This document shows, piece by piece, positions 1 to 11,356 of a stretch of DNA of 19,798 bases. Position 1 is the first letter of the stretch; every line of letters starts with the position of its first letter. The position numbers were made by a program, and so were the translations under genes. The DNA is taken from assembly GCA_024626585.2 (NCBI GenBank), contig JANKJI020000004.1, positions 154,529,859-154,549,656 on the forward strand, in the 5' to 3' direction. The DNA is from Ginkgo biloba (lineage: Eukaryota > Plantae > Ginkgophyta). A model generated the notes under the pieces. It was given only the letters and a program-made list of their open reading frames with translations. It was not told the DNA's origin and did not search any database.

Positions 1-1
1 C

Positions 2-61
2 CTAGTGATGATTGACCCTGGGAGTACACTCAACATCCTGGATATTCGTCAAGTTGATTAA
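2..61 (+). pseudogene. Short fragment resembling a Ty3/gypsy aspartic protease active-site region
   Basis: Frame 2 reads LVMIDPGSTLNILDIRQVD*, matching the plant gypsy protease pattern hhhD-x-GS-x-x-N-I-L. It is cut by the window edge and ends at a stop. Confidence 0.45.
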
Positions 62-199
62 CATAATGATAAGCAATATTGAAACAATAACTCTTGTCTT
101 CATTAGGTAGAGATGTGTAGTACTAGAAGATTTCATGTCATCTTTAGTTTTCTCCTAGTGCAGACCATAAGTCACCATTGATAATGTTTGGTGTTAGGT

Positions 200-1148
200 C
201 TTTGTTTTTAGAGTGAAGGCATCACGTCCCCAATCTTGGACTAGCCATCAACTATGGACATCCTAACAAATTTGGGTACACCTTCATCTAACGTGGAACA
301 CAGATAAAAAATTCTTGGTAAGAAGGAATGCCTGCAATGTCAACCCATAACTGTCTAATATACCAATGGGACAAGACTTTATCTGATTGGCCATGTGGAT
401 CTTGAAGTTACACTTGCACAACACTAATTTACCCAACTGTATCCATTGATGCTTGGAAGAACATTCAAACTTGTACTAGCAATGGTCATTCCATGTATCT
501 CCATTGGAGCTTGGGGTTTCTAATCATCTTGCTATTGCATAGAACGCACACAAAATTTCAACAATTCTTTAAGTGGAGTCTTTTCTTCTTGAAAATGAGC
601 AACTTTCCACTATTCAAAAAACTGTTGACAAAGGTACTTTCAAATCCAATTCATCATGCAACGGATTTAGAATTTGCATCTTCATTCAAATTGACCAATG
701 TTTGGCCATATCAAGTTTCAAAGTCTCATAGCTATTTGGAACTTGAGTAGGTTCAGGTGGTGGAGTAGGACTTGCAACTGTCACCTTGTTCCTTTGTTTA
801 TATTTGGCTAGCCAATGAGGCCATTGATCTCCATCATCAACCACGACTTCCTTTGAGGCTCCTGAAATCTTAGATGTAGGAACCCAAGCTGTCTTCTAAA
901 ATTGTGTCACTACCTGCTTCAAGGCTTGTTGATTACTTTGTTGAAAGAATGATTCTGGAATGTGTGATTGTGGTTGTGTTTGCACATCCGCTTCTTGAAT
1001 AGTTGCAACAATTATTTGATAATGTTGCTTTTCCTTTCGTTAATTAGGATAATTTGTGTTTGGCTAAGCTTGACACTTACTTTGTTGATTCATGAGCAAG
1101 TAGGTTCTTCATCAACCCCTTCACTAACTCATTGTTGGGAAATTAGCA
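200..1148 (-). mobile_element. Decayed Ty3/gypsy gag-linker plus aspartic protease remnant
   Basis: Frameshift-joined minus-strand translation of about 520-230 gives MEIHGMTIASTSLNVLP..WIQLGKLVLCKCNFKIHMANQIKSCPIG.IRQLWVDIAGIPSYQEFFI...YPNLLGCP*L. This matches the gypsy protease pattern (W..LGK..L...F...MA.Q....P.G.....V...G; LLGRPWL). Upstream is a Q/N/P-rich linker-like stretch. Confidence 0.75.
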
Positions 1149-1919
1149 NNNNNNNNNNNNNNNNNNNNNNNNNNNNNNNNNNNNNNNNNNNNNNNNNNNN
1201 NNNNNNNNNNNNNNNNNNNNNNNNNNNNNNNNNNNNNNNNNNNNNNNNNNNNNNNNNNNNNNNNNNNNNNNNNNNNNNNNNNNNNNNNNNNNNNNNNNNN
1301 NNNNNNNNNNNNNNNNNNNNNNNNNNNNNNNNNNNNNNNNNNNNNNNNNNNNNNNNNNNNNNNNNNNNNNNNNNNNNNNNNNNNNNNNNNNNNNNNNNNN
1401 NNNNNNNNNNNNNNNNNNNNNNNNNNNNNNNNNNNNNNNNNNNNNNNNNNNNNNNNNNNNNNNNNNNNNNNNNNNNNNNNNNNNNNNNNNNNNNNNNNNN
1501 NNNNNNNNNNNNNNNNNNNNNNNNNNNNNNNNNNNNNNNNNNNNNNNNNNNNNNNNNNNNNNNNNNNNNNNNNNNNNNNNNNNNNNNNNNNNNNNNNNNN
1601 NNNNNNNNNNNNNNNNNNNNNNNNNNNNNNNNNNNNNNNAAATGTTAATATGGTGATTAAAAATACTAATCATGATTAATTTTTTTATTTTTGTATCCTT
1701 TGTGCTACTAATATGGTGATTAGAGATGTAAATTAGTGATTACATGTTGCATAATGGCAAGTAAGAGGCAAATGTTTCTTTATATTCTTTTGAACGTCTA
1801 GTTATTTTTCAACTGTCAAGAAATGTAGCATGAGTTACCATGCATAGAATGGATTTTTCATTTTAAATAGTATGCTTTCCTTATTTTAACTCCAAGACTC
1901 CAATGCTCACTCCAGAATT

Positions 1920-2793
1920 TTGAATTTTCCAAGAAATCGACAACTCATACAAGCAAAGTGATTTGCTTTCATCTTCTTCTTCTTATTCATGATAGACAAT
2001 AGATTGTGGCAATTGCCTATCAACACATATCATCGTTGATAAAAGGCGTTGTACTAGTCTTGTAATGGGTGATCTTGAATCTTATCTTGTAGCTTGGTTG
2101 CTAAGTCATCTATAAAAAATTCCATCAGGTGCGGTTTAGAAATAGTTGCATTTTTATCCATTTTAGAGATGAGTATTTGGATACGTTGATTAAAATTTTG
2201 CATCGATTCATGTCCATCTTGTGAATTTTCCTCAAGGCCTTCAAAATAACACAAGGATCTCACAATTCTTAGAAGCTATTAGGGAAATCCAACTATTTAT
2301 GTGGCCATTGCTTGATTGTGGTAGCCATGTAGGTATATCATGCGAAGGCCATACCATGCAGTATTCGAAAGAACTGCTTCATAATTTGCTCCTTGTCTTT
2401 AATTCCTAAAATTTACATCATATTTAGCAATAGAACAAGATGATCTGCTAGATCATCAGTTCCATTGTAAACCATTGGACCAAATGATGCGTCCGCGTAT
2501 ACTTGGGTTGGTGGAAGTTGATTCTATGGTGGAGGTGGTTTGTTGGTCATGATATCGATACTACTAAACAATGGATATTTTTTAATACTTCTTAGAGATA
2601 CCACTGCAAATCTTATTGTGTCAGACTCGCTGCTTCATGCAAACTCCTCTCTAGAAGATACACTAGTAAAAGATTGAAACTTATAAAAGATGACAGCTTG
2701 GGGATCTTCCTCTACCACTTCCCTCTGTTCGAAGCTTACCAATTCCTCAATTATGCATATTAATTTTGGTTCCAATTGCATGGCTATACACTT
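1920..2793 (-). mobile_element. gag: Decayed Ty3/gypsy gag (Retrotrans_gag-type), copy 1
   Basis: Translation reads PMVYNGTDDLADHL...IKDKEQIMKQFFRILHGMAFA*YT....IKQW...F...LKALRKI/QDGHESMQNFNQRIQILISKM......HLMEFFIDDLATKLQDKI. It contains the MHR-like Q...ES...F..R motif, followed by an in-frame CMSCRFLG zinc-knuckle remnant near 1940-1951. Several stops and at least one frameshift. Confidence 0.85.
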
Positions 2794-3164
2794 NNNNNNN
2801 NNNNNNNNNNNNNNNNNNNNNNNNNNNNNNNNNNNNNNNNNNNNNNNNNNNNNNNNNNNNNNNNNNNNNNNNNNNNNNNNNNNNNNNNNNNNNNNNNNNN
2901 NNNNNNNNNNNNNNNNNNNNNNNNNNNNNNNNNNNNNNNNNNNNNNNNNNNNNNNNNNNNNNNNNNNNNNNNNNNNNNNNNNNNNNNNNNNNNNNNNNNN
3001 NNNNNNNNNNNNNNNNNNNNNNNNNNNNNNNNNNATCCATAGCAATAAAATCAATTGCCGAGATCATAATCAACCAGAATCCTATGCCTCTTAAGACTAA
3101 AATCTATGATCAAACTATGGATTATACCTTCACCGAGTAGTAATAACTACAATTTGTCATGGCA

Positions 3165-3936
3165 CTAACTAGGAAGGTCGTTAGAAATCGGTTAGTCATC
3201 GCCATAGTCATAAGGTTCGCTAATTTTTATAAAAAAAATTCGATTTTTATCATTTTTTAAAGGGGGGGAAATACGTTTGATGAAAAATGCCCCTTTTTTA
3301 GGGCGATAGTCAAAGCGTTGACCACGCGGCTCCACACCTAATATTAACCCTAAAATTTTAAAAAACCTAAAAGTCTACACTAAACATAAAAAAATTTTGG
3401 CCTGCGGCCAAATGGTGAGCACGATTTCATCTTACGTCCAAATGTTGAAGTGATTGGCAAATGTGAGCACAATTTCGGCCAAATACTAAAGCAAATGTGA
3501 AGCATAATCTAGATTTTGGCTTGTGACCTGCAAGAGACTGCACCATCGACTTCATTGAGAGATGAAAAGAAGTGGAGGCTTGAGGGCACGCCTTTTAGAG
3601 GATTGTTCTATTCACATCTTTTTTCAAACATCTCAGTGTTTGAGTCTTCAGATAGCATTTTGTTGTAGGCTCCAACAAAAAGAAGCACTAGAAGTAGATT
3701 AGTGGAGACTAAAGACTACAAATTTGTTTATTATGACTTCTTTTTCTATTTAACCTACTCTTATATTGATGTGTAACATATATTTTACTATGTTGATTTT
3801 TAAAGTATGAATACTTTATTAAAGAAAATATTTTTGAATTTAACGAACTTTATGGTGACTTTTTTTCAAAAAAAATTGACAACCTCAACTTTTTTACTTG
3901 TCAAACTTAAATTCGAACTCGAACTTGCTAACTTAG
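3165..3936. mobile_element. Possible non-autonomous DNA transposon (hAT-like) remnant
   Basis: Locally CpG-richer block with recurring TTTGGCC/GGCCAAAT motifs (3396-3520). It ends in clustered (T)CGAAC subterminal-like motifs and GAACTTGCTAACTTAG (3912-3936). No convincing left TIR or TSD was found. Confidence 0.3.
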
Positions 3937-4446
3937 GTGTGGTCTATACATTGTATGGCCACATAAAAACTCCATAAAATTGATCCTCTGAGTGTTATTA
4001 GAGTGTAGCTCTCCCTCGTAAGGTATCTCTCAAACCTACTACTCTCCATAATACGAACTATCCTTACACATGGCTAAAATAAACATACAAAACCATCCAT
4101 GATAGGACACAACAATNNNNNNNNNNNNNNNNNNNNNNNNNNNNNNNNNNNNNNNNNNNNNNNNNNNNNNNNNNNNNNNNNNNNNNNNNNNNNNNNNNNN
4201 NNNNNNNNNNNNNNNNGGTCTACAATAGATGCTCAGTCCCCATGTCACCATCCCATAGCACTAACAGTCTTACCTATACCACCTATGAACCTTATAGTGC
4301 CCAAATTGCATGTACATAAATGATTACGAATTAAATATGGCATGTTTAAAGAGTTGTTGCTCAATCATGTTTAAGTGCTAATGATTAATGTATGCTATCA
4401 TTAACGGTTGTCCTGCAGGTTGAGTATGTTTCCTTTGCAGGTTATG

Positions 4447-4555
4447 CATATACTTGTGTTGCAGGCACAAAGGCAAGTCTATTATAAACATATAGTTGTG
4501 TTGCAAGTAGAAGAATGAGGTTTTATAGACATATACTTGTGTTGTAGGTACAAGG
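4447..4555 (+). repeat. Three-copy ~42-bp degenerate tandem repeat, probably within an LTR fragment
   Basis: CATATACTTGTGTTGCAGG at 4447, CATATAGTTGTGTTGCAAG at 4489 and CATATACTTGTGTTGTAGG at 4530 (spacing 42 and 41). Confidence 0.7.
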
Positions 4556-4771
4556 ACAAGGCTATATAGTACTCAACTTCGCAATGGATGCCTAAAGATC
4601 CGCTTGAGCCTAATCCATCTTCTCAAGATATAATAAATATAACCAAGGTCAAGAATGGAGATGATGCATATCCCTATGAACACCATCCAAGATATCGAGA
4701 ATATCATGCTCATCATACATACAAGNNNNNNNNNNNNNNNNNNNNNNNNNNNNNNNNNNNNNNNNNNNNNN

Positions 4772-5671
4772 ACCTGATCATATTCTTGCAACAAGTGTTG
4801 TCAAATCTTCTCCTGCAACTTGGGCACCAAGCCATCCAAGAAATACTCCATTAATTAGGGTTGAGAAATAGGTGTATTCTTATCATCTTACAAACAAGTT
4901 GTATACAATTTCAAAATCTTGTACTAAATCATGTCAACCTTGCAGAATCTCCCTTCAAGGCCTTCAAAATAGCAAAAGGATCTTGNNNNNNNNNNNNNNN
5001 NNNNNNNNNNNNNNNNNNNNNNNNNNNNNNNNNNNNNNNNNNNNNNNNNNNNNNNNNNNNNNNNNNNNNNNNNNNNNNNNNNNNNNNNNNNNNNNNNNNC
5101 CACATAGTGACTAAAAGAACTACTTAATTTTCTCTTCATCCTATGTTCCTCAAATTCCAATCATGTTCAAGACGAGAGCAAGGTGATCTATTGGATCACC
5201 TATATTGTCATAAACCAGTAGACCAAATGATATATCCATGTCAACCTCAGTTGTGGGAGCAGATTACTTATTATTGTGCCAATGCATTTAAACAATGGAT
5301 TTTTCGCCTCAAAGACACTCTTACAAAACTCTCTATTTCAGATATGCTAATTGTTGAGAACTCCTCTCCAAAAGAGATACTACTAAAAGATTAAAACTTA
5401 TAGAAGACTATAGCTCAGGTATCTCCCTCTACGATTTCCAATGTTCTGAGCTTCCCAATTCTTCAATTACAGGTTTGATTTTAGTTCCAACTGTATGACT
5501 AGTCACTTGTTCTTGCAGTATTTCTTCTTTGTCCTTCGGCAAGCTTTGTGGCTGCGCTTCCCACTATAGCCTCAGACTTCCCCTTCTTGGGTTTGGTTTT
5601 GCCACTACTGACAAAGTTATGGTTTTTTTCTCCCACTTCTTTTCACTAGTTTGTATTTCTATATTACTCAT
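4772..5671 (-). mobile_element. gag: Decayed Ty3/gypsy gag, copy 2 (same family as 1920-2793)
   Basis: Translation reads DMDISFGLLVYDNIGDPIDHLALVLNMIGI*GT*DEEKIK*FF*SL (the YDGxGDPxDHL gag motif). It is collinear at nucleotide level with copy 1, e.g. TCAAGGCCTTCAAAATA at ~2232 and ~4955, GACCAAATGAT at ~2478 and 5221, AAAAGATT.AAACTTATA at ~2668 and ~5385. Confidence 0.85.
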
Positions 5672-5924
5672 GAGAAACGGGGACCAAATTCTAGAAGATC
5701 CCAACCAAAATGGCTTCACCAACCATAGGTAGAAGATCAATCACTGAGACGCAATCCAACAAAATCTTTGGCTTCTTAAACTACTACCTTGATCAACCCA
5801 TAGATTGTGCCTACATGAAGCAATCATAACTACTGTCTGTTAGGGCAATAATCCATAGGCCATTACCATTTAGGTAGTAGTTATGTCATTTAGTGCAAAG
5901 AATAAGAGTCAATCTGCTAGGCTT

Positions 5925-6064
5925 GATCCTACGATCTGCATGCTCACATGAGCAATTAGGGCAAGATTGTCGATAACATTGTGATCTGATCCTCATCATT
6001 TGTGTGCTTGCACAAGCAATTAGGGAAAGATTGTTGTTGACAATGTGATCCGATCTTGATGATC
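5925..6064. repeat. ~63-64-bp tandem repeat (2 copies plus partial) upstream of gag copy 2
   Basis: Units start with GATCCT/GATCTT at 5925, 5988 and 6052. The core AGCAATTAGGG(C/A)AAGATTGT recurs at 5951 and 6015. Confidence 0.8.
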
Positions 6065-6644
6065 TTTTGATTCACAAAATTTGAAATAAGCGAGACAAAA
6101 GGATGACATCAACCACTGGTTTGGATTGCACGAAACACATCTTAATTGATTGGCCCAAGTCGTCTTTTAGAAGAATGTCATATCGACCCACTGATCCTTA
6201 GAAGGCAATAGAACCAATGTTGGCTAAATTTCAGAGCACTATTAGAAGCCAGTCTTGCCTACGATCTCGTATAATAGATTTAGATATCGCATATACACAT
6301 ACAACCCATGAAAACACATCACAATCATTATATATCTAAGCATATAACAATCGACGAGAATCATCCATATTATTATTAGCAAAATAACTAGAACTACCTC
6401 TTACATAATCCAAATTCCCTACATTAACTCTTACACAATTTACATACATGATAGTCCATTAAACAATGAATCAATTGGTTGTTCTAGCCGCTAACTATGT
6501 AACTATTATAATTCTTAACTATTCATTAACCACTTATGGTCCACATGTATAATTTGGATTGCAGATACAATAGATATACATTCAACTAATCATGAAAACA
6601 TGCATCAACAGCCAAAACATTCAAAATAGGAGCCNNNNNNNNNN

Positions 6645-8010
6645 ACATCCTTGTCTTATACATCTGAAGAGACCAAAGGGAGCAAGCTTGATTCCATTAG
6701 TGGTGACATACGTTGAAGCCTCTGGAAACAAGGTTCTAACAACCTTTTGAAAAAATGGGACAAATCCAAGGGCATTCAATATAAACAGGATAAATTTCCA
6801 TTCAACCTTATCATAGGCTTTTTTTAATTTTTACAAATAAATTTTTTTGCCTAGTGTGCCTAGCCCACTCCATGCCTTCATAGACTCCTTTAAGGTTATC
6901 CAAAATATATCTTGTTTTGATGAATCCAATTCACTCAAGCCTAACTATAGTAAGAAGAAGGAATTTGACGTAGGGTCTTATAAGAGATGTTCAACAAAGT
7001 TATGGGTCTCCAGTCACTTATAAGCTTCATATCTCTAGGTTTAGGGGTGAGCTTAATAGTGCCTCAATTAAGGATAGATCCCACAAACTCCTTTTTGAAG
7101 TTTTATGTATACACTTGATTATAATAGGACCAATGTAATCCCAATTAGTTAAGTAACATTCAAAAGGGAAGACATCAATTGTAGATGCTTTTTCATTGCC
7201 CATTTTTCCTAAGGCAAATGTGATCTCTTTAATTGTAAAAGGAGCATAAAAGGCTCTAGCATGCTTAGGCAAGATCTTCTTGGGGACAACATTTTGATGG
7301 GCTTGCAAGGATAACACATGGGCTTATAAGTCCCCTTGGGATTTAAAAATGGAGGCAAAGTGATTGTGAAAATCTATTGCAATTTCTAAGGAAGAAGTAA
7401 ACTTTCCATTGGGGGATTAGTTTGCTTGGATTTTCTTAGAGATTAGCTTTTGGTTTAGGCCTTTTGAAAAATTTCCTGGAGGGTCAATTTCTAACTTAAT
7501 CCATTGGATTTTGGTTCTAATCTGGCCCCCTTTGTGTTCCTTGAATCATTGGTCCTAGTGACATTGATAGGTTTAGCTTCCTGGCTTACAAGCTTTCAAT
7601 CAAGGGATCAACTTCTATTTTTCACCAAACCTATTCAAGCTCTTTTGCTACCACTTTATCAACTCTTATTTTGATGGATTCCATTTTCTTGCCATCCCCC
7701 CTAAGGGCAAAAGTGGTTCTTCTAATGGCTTGGATCTACTAGTTAATTTAACCACTGTCTCCAATAGTTTTCTAGACAAGTAAGAATATTCTTTTGACAC
7801 CCTCCAAATAAGAGCTAAGTTGGATATGAGACACATTTGTTTTCAAATACAATAAAAGGGTCTATCATACATCATTGGATCATAAAATGAGATCACTCAA
7901 AAAACCATAAACAAAGCTCAGATTAATGGCACAGGGATAATAACTATGGGGGGGTGGATAAATATCAGTGGGACAACAATATATGATACAAAAGCTATCC
8001 AAGGATTCCA
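6645..8010 (-). mobile_element. Decayed L1/Tx1-type LINE ORF2 (endonuclease C-terminus, linker, N-terminal half of reverse transcriptase)
   Basis: Motifs in order: ESLDSF..LSD (weak endonuclease end); KGGQIRTKIQW; PFTIKEITFALGKMGNEKASTIDVFPFECYLTNWDYIGP (KAPGPDG-region homologue); DNLKGVYEGMEWARH; KAYDKVEWKFILFILNALGF...TLFPEASTYVTTNG....FGLFRCIRQGC, ending at the 10-N gap. Multiple frameshifts and stops. Confidence 0.92.
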
Positions 8011-10259
8011 CTATGCAATCACTTAAACATAAGCATTTAAAGGAGACTAGGTCAACATTTAAGATTTATGAAACCTAACGACCAATCCTTGCATATAGGG
8101 GCATATCCTAGGGGGGAAATCAATTTATCTTTATTTACACCATCCTAAGTCATAATGCACTCAATAAACATAGAGATGGTGCACACATACTATGCAATAA
8201 GAAGCTTTTATCGGCCAATGGCAAGGTGGATATGCATAGCAGCTCTAAGGTGATACTATGTACATAATGGTTTCATTGATGTGTGTTCCTAGAATGAAGT
8301 AAGACTCTGATATGGATGATGTGCACAATTGCATGATAGGAACAACACGCTCAAAAGGACAAAGATCATATGAAGAGAATCTCACTTATAATGAAGCTTT
8401 CTCTACTACTTAGTGGCTACAACTCCTAACACTTTTGCATCACGGTTTAACTCATTTAGAATGGGCATTAATCAATAGGTTAAATATCTCATTTAGAAAT
8501 AGCATTAATCAATCAAAGGGTGCGGTCCTCGAAAGGTAAGGAAAGAATATCTTAATATATACCTCTGCAAGCAAGGACAATACAAGGATCAAGGGGTGTA
8601 AACTATCTAGCCAACAAATGGGCACTGGCTTTGCACGATTTTTGAGGTAGAATTCTACCAAAAAAATTTGCATTGTTTCATTTTTCCAACATTGCAAAAA
8701 TATTTGTGTGCAATTCGAACCCTCAAGTATTGATCCTTACCCTCTTTCATGTTATTCTAGCAACTTATCATTGCCCCCCGTAAGAAGAATTTATAACATT
8801 TGACAATTTCACATTGTTTTAATTAAAATAAAATTGAAATTCCAACCTAGAATGTCAATATTCACACATCTTCCAATATTGTTTATGCAGTGACTGAAAT
8901 CCGATGATTGGATTTTGCAATGAGAAGCAACCTGTTGACTAGATAGTTCAATCTGGATCAAGGAGTCAAACAAGTATGCTCAGTTGTTTTCACCGCCAAA
9001 ACTAGAAGACTATTATGGGATTCAAAATGGGTGCAAAGGATATGAATTAGTAAGGATATGGATCATGTCGGACTCAATTACAAACCAAAAAGAGTCACAG
9101 CAAAAGACATGCTTGTTTAGGAGGAACTAATGCTATTTGGTGCACGTCATATCAAGGTAACGTGTCCTACATAGATGGAAAATNNNNNNNNNNNNNNNNN
9201 NNNNNNNNNNNNNNNNNNNNNNNNNNNNNNNNNNNNNNNNNNNNNNNNNNNNNNNNNNNNNNNNNNNNNNNNNNNNNNNNNNNNNNNNNNNNNNNNNNNN
9301 NNNNNNNNNNNNNNNNNNNNNNNNNNNNNNNNNNNNNNNNNNNNNNNNNNNNNNNNNNNNNNNNNNNNNNNNNNNNNNNNNNNNNNNNNNNNNNNNNNNN
9401 NNNNNNNNNNNNNNNNNNNNNNNNNNNNNNNNNNNNNNNNNNNNNNNNNNNNNNNNNNNNNNNNNNNNNNNNNNNNNNNNNNNNNNNNNNNNNNNNNNNN
9501 NNNNNNNNNNNNNNNNNNNNNNNNNNNNNNNNNNNNNNNNNNNNNNNNNNNNNNNNNNNNNNNNNNNNNNNNNNNNNNNNNNNNNNNNNNNNNNNNNNNN
9601 NNNNNNNNNNNNNNNNNNNNNNNNNNNNNNNNNNNNNNNNNNNNNNNNNNNNNNNNNNNNNNNNNNNNNNNNNNNNNNNNNNNNNNNNNNNNNNNNNNNN
9701 NNNNNNNNNNNNNNNNNNNNNNNNNNNNNNNNNNNNNNNNNNNNNNNNNNNNNNNNNNNNNNNNNNNNNNNNNNNNNNNNNNNNNNNNNNNNNNNNNNNN
9801 NNNNNNNNNNNNNNNNNNNNNNNNNNNNNNNNNNNNNNNNNNNNNNNNNNNNNNNNNNNNNNNNNNNNNNNNNNNNNNNNNNNNNNNNNNNNNNNNNNNN
9901 NNNNNNNNNNNNNNNNNNNNNNNNNNNNNNNNNNNNNNNNNNNNNNNNNNNNNNNNNNNNNNNNNNNNNNNNNNNNNNNNNNNNNNNNNNNNNNNNNNNN
10001 NNNNNNNNNNNNNNNNNNNNNNNNNNNNNNNNNNNNNNNNNNNNNNNNNNNNNNNNNNNNNNNNNNNNNNNNNNNNNNNNNNNNNNNNNNNNNNNNNNNN
10101 NNNNNCCACCTTTTGTTCAGTATATACTATATATTGATTTGTCACCTAATTCTTGTACCTTTTTTCGTCCTTTTTCTAGTAACTGTATTGGGCTTGCTTC
10201 TTATTAATTGTTGCTACAGCGCAAAGCTTGAGATTTGATATCTCGTTGCGTTCCTGGTC

Positions 10260-11356
10260 ATAGTTCAAAACCCATGCTCCCAGCTTTGGTATAATATTTT
10301 CTAACCTAGGCAGAATTCTTTTGGAAAAAATACGTAGACATTACTGATATCCATCATCATGAGGGTTAACATTAGATAGCCAAACATGACAAAAATTTTC
10401 AATAAATTTTATTTTCAATTCGGTTGTTCACACTTGCTCTTTGGCCTCCTTGGTTTCCACTGAAAACCTTTCTTTGGATCCTTAATTTTTTGAACTAGGT
10501 CACGAACCAAAATTTGGATGACATTAGCAATGAAGGTCAGACGCCAAGCCTTGAGATAGTGCAATTTGCACACTTGTTTGTCCAAGCCTTCTTAAAAAAA
10601 TTTCATGTGATTTCCAAAGTCAAATAATAAATGCATCTGACACAGAGTTTGCGCATGCTGGTCTTGGAATGATTTCCTGCGAAGTGGACAGAGGCAGTAC
10701 TTGGATTCCAATGCTACATTGTTTATTGTGGTGTGGTTGTTGTCTCTACAGGGCACAGTGGAGGTGAGGAGATTGTTGGCACTTCTTCTACAACATGTGC
10801 CTTCCCTTTTTTCCTTCTCCTGTCTTCTTCTATTTTGTCATGCGGAATCGACTCCTAGCCAGTGGCCCATTCTGCTTCAACAACTTCCTCATTGGCTTCC
10901 GTTCTTCCTTTCAGTGGCACCAACCAATTCAATAATTTTTACATCCCTCTTAACATGAACACTACATCCTCTCCCTCAATTTCTCCTTTAGTGAACCATG
11001 TTGGCCATCCATGCAGTCGAGGTGACGTAAGCACATTATCCGGCGTGGGAAGTGTCACCTATGGATATTGACATAAGACTAATCCAACAAAAATCATTAG
11101 AAAGGAAAATGAGGCTTGTTGTAGCACAATACTAATGTTCTTCAACAGTTGTATTATTTGGAATTTCACAAATGCACACCAATTAAAGCATTTTTCATCC
11201 CTCACTTCACTAATGGCATTTCGCAAGTGTGTAGGCATATGCGTATAACTTTGGTATATGAACAATTTCAAGGCCATGAGCTTGGTAATCCATCCTAGGT
11301 CTAGGGCTTTCAACTCTTCAATTCGTAGACTTGATGTCGAGGCATCGTTCTTGTTG
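10260..11356 (-). pseudogene. Decayed TE-associated accessory ORF, family unresolved
   Basis: 11059-11356 is open and reads LRIEELKALDLGWITKLMALKLFIYQSYTHMPTHLRNAISEVRDEKCFNWCAFVKFQIIQLLKNI...FLMIFVGLVL. The 'FNWC.F...I...L..I' pattern recalls extra ORFs of plant LTR retrotransposons. Downstream is a broken, charged-residue-rich continuation. Confidence 0.35.

Noticed and set aside
5840-5880. Primer-binding site/LTR boundary upstream of gag copy 2
   Set aside because: No clear tRNA-complementary TGG-starting motif next to a CA end.
4447-6064. CRISPR-like arrays (42-bp and 64-bp periodic motifs)
   Set aside because: Only 2-3 degenerate units, no cas genes and a eukaryotic context.
968-10238. 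Long ORFs in the supplied track (968-1648, 2635-3140, 9147-10238 and similar)
   Set aside because: They are open only because they run through N-gaps; they are artefacts.
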